From positions 33,687-97,686 of the forward strand of contig CAWGUL010000009.1 in the NCBI GenBank assembly GCA_963825905.1: a stretch of 64,000 bases of DNA. Direction: 5' to 3'. This document shows, in pieces, positions 58,708 to 64,000 of this stretch; position 1 is the first letter of the stretch, and each line of letters opens with the position of its first letter. The notes under the pieces were generated by a model. That model was not told the DNA's origin. It worked only from the letters and a program-made list of their open reading frames with translations, and did not search any database. Made by a program: the position numbers and the translations under genes. The stretch comes from an uncultured Chloroflexia bacterium. GTDB lineage: Bacteria > Chloroflexota > Limnocylindria > QHBO01.

Positions 58708-61623
58708 GTGATGGACGGTTACACGGTCAAGGAGGCGGCCGCCGCCCTCGGCATCCCGAAGAAGCGCGTCTGGGAGCTCGTTGCTCGCGGCGTGTTGAAC
58801 GGCCGCCGCGAGGGCGACCGCGGCATGCGCGTCTACCTCCAGCCTCCGGATGCCGCCGACGAGGACATGGCGCATGACGCTCCGGCCGCCGCGCGGCGGA
58901 CCGATGGGCGCCGATCTCGAGCGCCCGCCCCGGAACCCGCGCCGATCCCCGAGCCGATCGTGGAGGCCAGTCCCTTCCGGGAGCTGCTCACCGAGTTCCG
59001 GAACCTCACCGAGCGCTACGGCCAGGCGCTGCTCGCCCTCGGCGAGGCGCGAGGCGAGGTGGCGGCCCTCCGGAGCCGGGTCGAGCTGCTCGAGGCGCGG
59101 ATGGACCTGCGATTGCCGGGCGGCGCGCCAATCCCGCCGGTCTCGTGGCGGACGCCGGAGCCGATCCTCAATGAGCCGATCGCCCCGCCTGCCGAGCCCG
59201 AGGCAGACGGTGGGGAAGCCGAGCCCGAGGAGCCGGATGCGCATCCCGTCGACGAGGAGCCGGCACGCGGCCGCCGCGGCCGTCGACGGCTGGGAGGACC
59301 GGGCATCCTCGAGGCACTGGCCCGCGCCGAAGATCCTGCCCTGGCGGAGCTGCCGGGTGCTCGCGAGGTTGGCGAAGCGATGGCCGCGTTCGAGGCATCC
59401 GCGGCGACCGCCGCGACCGAAGGCGGCGCCCAAGGAGAAGCCCTCGAGGGCGGCGAGCCCGCATTCGAGCCGATGCCGGAGGCCGCGCCCATGCCCGAGG
59501 CTGCCGTCGCGACGGACCTCACCGAGCCCGAGGCAGCTGCGCCAGAGGCACCCGCTGCACCACCCGAGCCAACGCCGTGGGGGGCGCCGGAGATTCCCGT
59601 CGAGGAGGAGCCGAGCCTCGCGGCAGCGATGGCGGAACCGGTGCCGGTTGCCGACGAGACGGAGGTGACGGATGTGGGAGCCGCCCCGCCCGAGGCCGCC
59701 CTGAGCGATGCGGCGGCTGAGTTGGCCGCATCGCAGGGCGCGTTGCCGGAGCCGGCGGGCAAGCCCATCCCGGTCGAGCCGATGTCGCACCTCGACCTTC
59801 CCCCCGAGGAGAGGGCTGGGCATCCGAGCGCCGATGAGCCGCCGTCCGCAGAGGCGAGCGTGGCATCGCAACTCGAGCCCAGCCCGGTGGAAGGCCCCAT
59901 GACCGCCGACGTCCCGCCCGTTGTCATCCCCGACGGCTACAGCGCCGAGACCGAGGAGCCCGACTGGTACGCCGATGACGAGGTGACCTGGCTGGACGCC
60001 GCCGACTATGCCGCGCCGGAATCGAACCCGAGCCCGAGCGCGAGCCGGAGCCGGAACCGCAAGCCGAGGCGGAGCCAGAACGGCCACCCGAGTCGGAGCC
60101 ACAGCCCGAGCCGGAGCCGGAGCCGGAACCCGAGCCGGAGCCCGAACCGGAACCCGAGCCAGAGCCCGAACCGGAACCCGAGCCCGAGCCCGAGCCGGAG
60201 CCCGAGCCAGAGCCCGAGCCAGAGCCCGAACCGGAACCCGAGCCAGAGCCCGAACCGGAACCCGAGCCCGAGCCGGAGCCCGAGCCGGAACCCGAGCCGG
60301 AACCCGAGCCGGAACTGCAACCCGAGCTGGAGCCGGAGTCAGCGTCAGAGCCCGAGCTGGAGCCGGGACGGCAACCCGATCTGGAGCCCGAACCCGAGAC
60401 CGAGCCGGAGCCCGAGCCCATGCCGGAACCCCAGCCCGAGCCCGAGCCGGAGCCCAGCCCGAGCCGGAGCCCGAGCCCGGAGCCGGACGGAACCCGAGGA
60501 GCCCGAGCCCGAGCCGGAGCCGGAACCCGAGCCCGTACCCGAGCCACAGACGGAACCGTCGGCGACTGAATCCGAGGCCCAGTACCCAGAGGCCGACACG
60601 GGAACGAACCAGGTTCCCGCCACGGGGTCAGACGAAGCCGGCGTGGAAGCGGACTCCGCCCCGGCCGCCATTGACCCGAACGCCGAGGCAGAGTTGGACG
60701 CCACCTTCGAGCGCGAATGGGCCGCAGCGGAACCCGCAGGTATTTCGGCTACCCCACCCACGGAGCCGGAAGCCGGATGGATCGCCGGGCCCGATGCCGT
60801 GCCGGAGTCGACGATCGAGACTGCGCCCGAACTGCCCGAACCGCCGGAGCCTGAAGCGCCTCCCTCGACCGACGCCGCGGCGCCGATGCACGAGTCGGAG
60901 GAGCCGCTCCTGATCCTCGGCGATGACGGGGCCGACGAGCTGGAGCAGGGCGCGGCCGGCTGGCAGCGCCCCATGGCCGAGCCGGCCGTCGCGGCGGCCC
61001 CGCCGGATGCCGGGCCCGCTCCGAATGCACGCTGGAACGCCAGGCTTGCCGCGGTGGCAGCCGAAGAGGGCTGGGATGAGGCCGACGTGGCCGCGGTGCG
61101 GGCCTACCTCGCCGAGGTGCCGTACCCCGCTGCGGCTGGCGCACCGCAGCCCGAGGTTTTCCCCGATGACATCGCTCCGCAGCCGATGACGACGGGCGAG
61201 CTGCCGGGCTCGGACTTCACGCTGCCCGGGGCAGAGGCACTCGACCAGGCCCTCTCCGCCCTGGCCGTCCCCGCGCCGGAGCCGACCGACCTGCCCCCGA
61301 CCCCCGCGATGGAGGAGGCCGCGTTGTCCACGCCCGCCACGCCGTCGACCGACCGGGCGTGGTCGAAGGCGGAGCCAGGTGCCGAACCGATCGAGGCCGA
61401 GCCCGCAGCGCCAACCCAGGCCAGCTCCGACGCGCAGGCTCCCTCCTGGCCGGCGCGCGACACGACGATCGTGAGCCGGCCGGGGTCCGTCACGGGCTTC
61501 GGCGAGCGCACGCTCGGGCCGGACGACCCGATGGCGGAGCCCGAGTGGCTGCGGGGCCGCCGTGACGCCGCGGCGCGGGCCTACCGTCGTCTGCGGCGCA
61601 TCTTCCCGACCAACGAGCGGTGA
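58708..61623 (+). CDS. HTH + coiled-coil + long acidic Pro/Glu disordered protein
   Basis: N-terminal '[22 protein letters not shown]', coiled coil '[26 protein letters not shown]', basic C-terminal helix. Confidence 0.7.
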   Translation: MMDGYTVKEAAAALGIPKKRVWELVARGVLNGRREGDRGMRVYLQPPDAADEDMAHDAPAAARRTDGRRSRAPAPEPAPIPEPIVEASPFRELLTEFRNLTERYGQALLALGEARGEVAALRSRVELLEARMDLRLPGGAPIPPVSWRTPEPILNEPIAPPAEPEADGGEAEPEEPDAHPVDEEPARGRRGRRRLGGPGILEALARAEDPALAELPGAREVGEAMAAFEASAATAATEGGAQGEALEGGEPAFEPMPEAAPMPEAAVATDLTEPEAAAPEAPAAPPEPTPWGAPEIPVEEEPSLAAAMAEPVPVADETEVTDVGAAPPEAALSDAAAELAASQGALPEPAGKPIPVEPMSHLDLPPEERAGHPSADEPPSAEASVASQLEPSPVEGPMTADVPPVVIPDGYSAETEEPDWYADDEVTWLDAADYAAPESNPSPSASRSRNRKPRRSQNGHPSRSHSPSRSRSRNPSRSPNRNPSQSPNRNPSPSPSRSPSQSPSQSPNRNPSQSPNRNPSPSRSPSRNPSRNPSRNCNPSWSRSQRQSPSWSRDGNPIWSPNPRPSRSPSPCRNPSPSPSRSPARAGARARSRTEPEEPEPEPEPEPEPVPEPQTEPSATESEAQYPEADTGTNQVPATGSDEAGVEADSAPAAIDPNAEAELDATFEREWAAAEPAGISATPPTEPEAGWIAGPDAVPESTIETAPELPEPPEPEAPPSTDAAAPMHESEEPLLILGDDGADELEQGAAGWQRPMAEPAVAAAPPDAGPAPNARWNARLAAVAAEEGWDEADVAAVRAYLAEVPYPAAAGAPQPEVFPDDIAPQPMTTGELPGSDFTLPGAEALDQALSALAVPAPEPTDLPPTPAMEEAALSTPATPSTDRAWSKAEPGAEPIEAEPAAPTQASSDAQAPSWPARDTTIVSRPGSVTGFGERTLGPDDPMAEPEWLRGRRDAAARAYRRLRRIFPTNER
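60020..60545 (+). repeat. Degenerate hexamer tandem repeat (GAGCCC/GAGCCG/GAACCG) encoding (Glu-Pro)n
   Basis: About 80 hexamer units, reading (GS)n on the antisense strand. Confidence 0.9.
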
Positions 61624-62090
61624 GGCCGGCCCGCGAACGAGGGGTTGTCCGTCGCCCGCCACTGCCCGCGGCTGACGCGGGCGGGCCGGCCATCGCGGGC
61701 ATCGCGACCGCGCTCGGCGCCGGGGTCGGGGCGATCGTCGTCAGCCGCATCGGCTACCTCTACGCGGACGCGACGCTCCCCGGGCGCGAGCTCGAGGCCG
61801 CCGCGCTCATCGTCTTCGGCGGCTTCGGCGGCGCCATCGTGGGTGGCGCGGCCGCCTGTTGGGGAGCGCTGCGGATCGGTCACCGCAGGATGGCCGGCGA
61901 GACGGGGTGGCGTGCCCTCGCCTTCCTCTTCATGCTCAGCCCGATCGTCCTGTTCGGCACGCCGGCGCTCAACCTCACCCCCCTCGCAGGCCTCGGCTTG
62001 GGGGCTGTCGCGGCAGGCCTGGCAGGCGTCGCGGCACGCCTCCTGACCCCGGCCCGGGGCGCGGATGCGGGCCAGGGCAAGATGCCGTAG
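61620..62090 (+). CDS. Hypothetical 4-TM membrane protein
   Basis: GTGA overlap with the upstream gene. Four hydrophobic segments. Confidence 0.55.
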   Translation: MRPARERGVVRRPPLPAADAGGPAIAGIATALGAGVGAIVVSRIGYLYADATLPGRELEAAALIVFGGFGGAIVGGAAACWGALRIGHRRMAGETGWRALAFLFMLSPIVLFGTPALNLTPLAGLGLGAVAAGLAGVAARLLTPARGADAGQGKMP

Positions 62091-62103
62091 GCTCCGACGT
62101 TCC

Positions 62104-63111
62104 ATGACCGAACGCACCGCCACACCGATGATCCACGCCCGCGGGCTGGAGAAGCACTTCGGCGACACCCATGCCCTGCGGGGCGTCGACTTCGACGTCG
62201 CGGAGGGCCGGATCCTCGCGGTCCTTGGGCCGAATGGCGCCGGCAAGACGACCGCGGTCCGCATCCTGTGCACGCTCACCCGCGCCGACGCGGGCGAGGC
62301 GAGCGTGGCCGGCTTCGACGTCCGCCGCCATCCCGACGAGGTGCGGGCCCGCATCGGCCTGACGGGCCAGTTCGCTGCCCTGGACGAGCTGCTGACTGGG
62401 CGCGAGAACGTCGAGATGATCGCGCGGCTCTACCACCTGCCGGCGGCGAAGGCGCGCCGGCGGGCCGATGAGCTCCTCGAGCGCTTCGACCTGCAGGACG
62501 CCGCGAACCGCCCGGTGAAGACCTACTCGGGCGGCATGCGACGTCGCCTCGACCTTGCCGGCAGCCTCGTCGCCGAGCCGCCGATCCTCTTCCTCGACGA
62601 GCCGACCACGGGCCTCGATCCACGCAGCCGGCTGGGGATGTGGCAGCTCATCAGCGAGCTGGTGGCGGGTGGCACGACCCTCCTGCTCACCACGCAGTAC
62701 CTGGAGGAGGCCGATCGCCTCGCGGACGAGATCGCGGTGATGGACCATGGCCTTGTCATCGCCCGCGGCACCGCCGACGAGCTGAAGGCGCGGATCGGTG
62801 GAGAGCGGCTCGTCGTGACCGTGGACCGGCCGGACCAGCTCGAGCTCGCCTCGCGTACGCTCGGCACCCTGGCCGGCGACCCGCAGGTGGACGCCGGGGA
62901 GCGCCAGGTGAGCGTGGCCGTCACCAGCGGTGATGGGATCCTGACCCGCGCCATCCGCGAGCTCGACGCCGCGGGCGTGACGGTGGATGACGTCGGCGTG
63001 CGACGCCCGACCCTCGACGATGTGTTCCTCGTCCTGACCGGCCAGCATCCGGATGCGGAGATGCAGGCCGAGGGCGACGCCGCCCGCGCACGAGAAGGGG
63101 TCACGGCATGA
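62104..63111 (+). CDS. ABC exporter ATP-binding subunit (DrrA-like)
   Basis: GPNGAGKTT, YSGGMRRRLDLA, LFLDEPTTGLDP, TTQYLEEAD, PTLDDVF. Confidence 0.93.
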   Translation: MTERTATPMIHARGLEKHFGDTHALRGVDFDVAEGRILAVLGPNGAGKTTAVRILCTLTRADAGEASVAGFDVRRHPDEVRARIGLTGQFAALDELLTGRENVEMIARLYHLPAAKARRRADELLERFDLQDAANRPVKTYSGGMRRRLDLAGSLVAEPPILFLDEPTTGLDPRSRLGMWQLISELVAGGTTLLLTTQYLEEADRLADEIAVMDHGLVIARGTADELKARIGGERLVVTVDRPDQLELASRTLGTLAGDPQVDAGERQVSVAVTSGDGILTRAIRELDAAGVTVDDVGVRRPTLDDVFLVLTGQHPDAEMQAEGDAARAREGVTA

Positions 63112-63917
63112 CCGCCACGACCGCGCCGGTGCATGCCGCGCCGGTGCGCACCGGCTTCCTGACCTGGGTCGCCGACTCGCTGCAGATGGTGAAGCGCAAC
63201 CTCATCCATATCCGCCGCACGCCGGAGCTGCTGCTCGACGTGACGGTCAGCCCGATCATGTTCGTGCTGCTCTTCAGCCAGGTCTTCGGCGGCGCCATCC
63301 AGGTCGGCGGCACGTACATCAACTACCTGATGGCCGGCATCTTCGTGCAGACGATCGCGTTCGCCGGCGTCTACACCGGCGTCCTGCTGGCGAACGACCT
63401 GAAGAACGGCATGATCGACCGCTTCCGCTCGCTGCCGATGGCCCAGTCATCGGTCCTCACCGGTCGCACGCTGACCGATCTGCTGCGCGCCACCCTGGCC
63501 GTCGCGATCATGTGGATCGTCGGCATGCTCGTTGGTTTCCGGCCCGGCGGCGGCATCCTCGGCGGGCTCGGCGCGGTCGGGCTCATGCTGCTGTTCGGCT
63601 TCGCCCTGTCGTGGATCGGCGTGACGATGGGCGCCCTGGTGCGGACGCCCGAGGCGCTCCAGGGGATCATCTTCGCCGCCGTGTTCCCGCTCACGTTCGT
63701 GAGCAGCGCGTTCGTGCCGACCGCGAGCATGCCGAGCTGGCTCGCCTGGTTCGCCGATCGCCAGCCGATGACGCTGGTGACGAACGCGGTCCGCAGCCTG
63801 ACCCTTGACGGCAGCGGCGGCCCCACCGCCGTTGCGGCCGTGGCGTGGGCGGTGGGGATCCTCGTCATCTGCTTCCCGCTCGGCCTGTGGGCCTACAAGC
63901 GCCGCACCACGCAATAG
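63108..63917 (+). CDS. ABC-2 permease (DrrB-like)
   Basis: PIMFVLLF..VFGGAI, DRFRSLP, F.SSAFVP..SMP.WL, QP.T. Confidence 0.92.
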   Translation: MTATTAPVHAAPVRTGFLTWVADSLQMVKRNLIHIRRTPELLLDVTVSPIMFVLLFSQVFGGAIQVGGTYINYLMAGIFVQTIAFAGVYTGVLLANDLKNGMIDRFRSLPMAQSSVLTGRTLTDLLRATLAVAIMWIVGMLVGFRPGGGILGGLGAVGLMLLFGFALSWIGVTMGALVRTPEALQGIIFAAVFPLTFVSSAFVPTASMPSWLAWFADRQPMTLVTNAVRSLTLDGSGGPTAVAAVAWAVGILVICFPLGLWAYKRRTTQ

Positions 63918-63957
63918 GCCGCGGGCAGCAATCATTGCTGCGGGGTCAGCCGTTCCC

Positions 63958-63996
63958 TTGCACTGAATGGTTCATCTGTGCATAATCATCGGCGTG
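63958..63996 (+). promoter_or_regulatory. Sigma70-type promoter with overlapping palindromic operator, for a leaderless gene starting at ~63994
   Basis: TTGCAC-17nt-CATAAT-7nt-GTG. TGCAC...GTGCA inverted repeat spans the spacer. Confidence 0.55.
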
Positions 63997-64000
63997 ACAC

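Noticed and set aside
58708-58830. Excisionase marking a prophage or ICE
   Set aside because: No integrase, att sites or phage genes nearby, and the HTH is part of a long protein.
60020-60545. Repeat tract as a CRISPR array, or as a genuine Ser/Arg/Asn/Pro or (GS)n protein
   Set aside because: Hexamer periodicity with no spacers. The flanking protein composition indicates the (EP)n frame, displaced by indels.

Overview
Very high-GC bacterial chromosomal window. Gene style suggests Chloroflexota or Actinomycetota (inference only). No rRNA, tRNA, CRISPR array or mobile element is visible. Roughly 0.85-34.8 kb is a hypoxia-response island built around a DosR/DevR-like regulator and a GAF sensor kinase. 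It holds phosphoketolase and acetate kinase, flavodoxins, a group 3b [NiFe]-hydrogenase operon (fused beta-gamma subunit, atypical HypC/EamA/DUF6390/rubrerythrin-VIT1 tail), a split PFOR with an inserted CBS gene, an acetyl-CoA hydrolase/transferase, universal stress proteins, a P-type ATPase, a DsrE-TusA-DsrE2-TusA-SQR sulfur relay and a cupredoxin-fused two-domain multicopper oxidase. Most promoters in the island carry a 14-bp GGGCC-N4-GGCCC-type palindrome, usually as a pair spaced 22-23 bp. After the island come a large secreted Ig-repeat protein, a small His-rich membrane/cupredoxin module and an Lhr/beta-CASP/LigC/Prim-PolC repair neighbourhood. Within that neighbourhood lie a candidate ~135-nt structured RNA and a RIO kinase with an upstream mini-ORF. 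The window ends with an M23 peptidase, glgP, a cysteine desulfurase-like gene, an HTH/coiled-coil/(Glu-Pro)n disordered protein and a DrrAB-type ABC exporter. Several genes show single-base frameshifts, often in G/C runs, most likely assembly errors. All family names come from motif recognition, not database searches.
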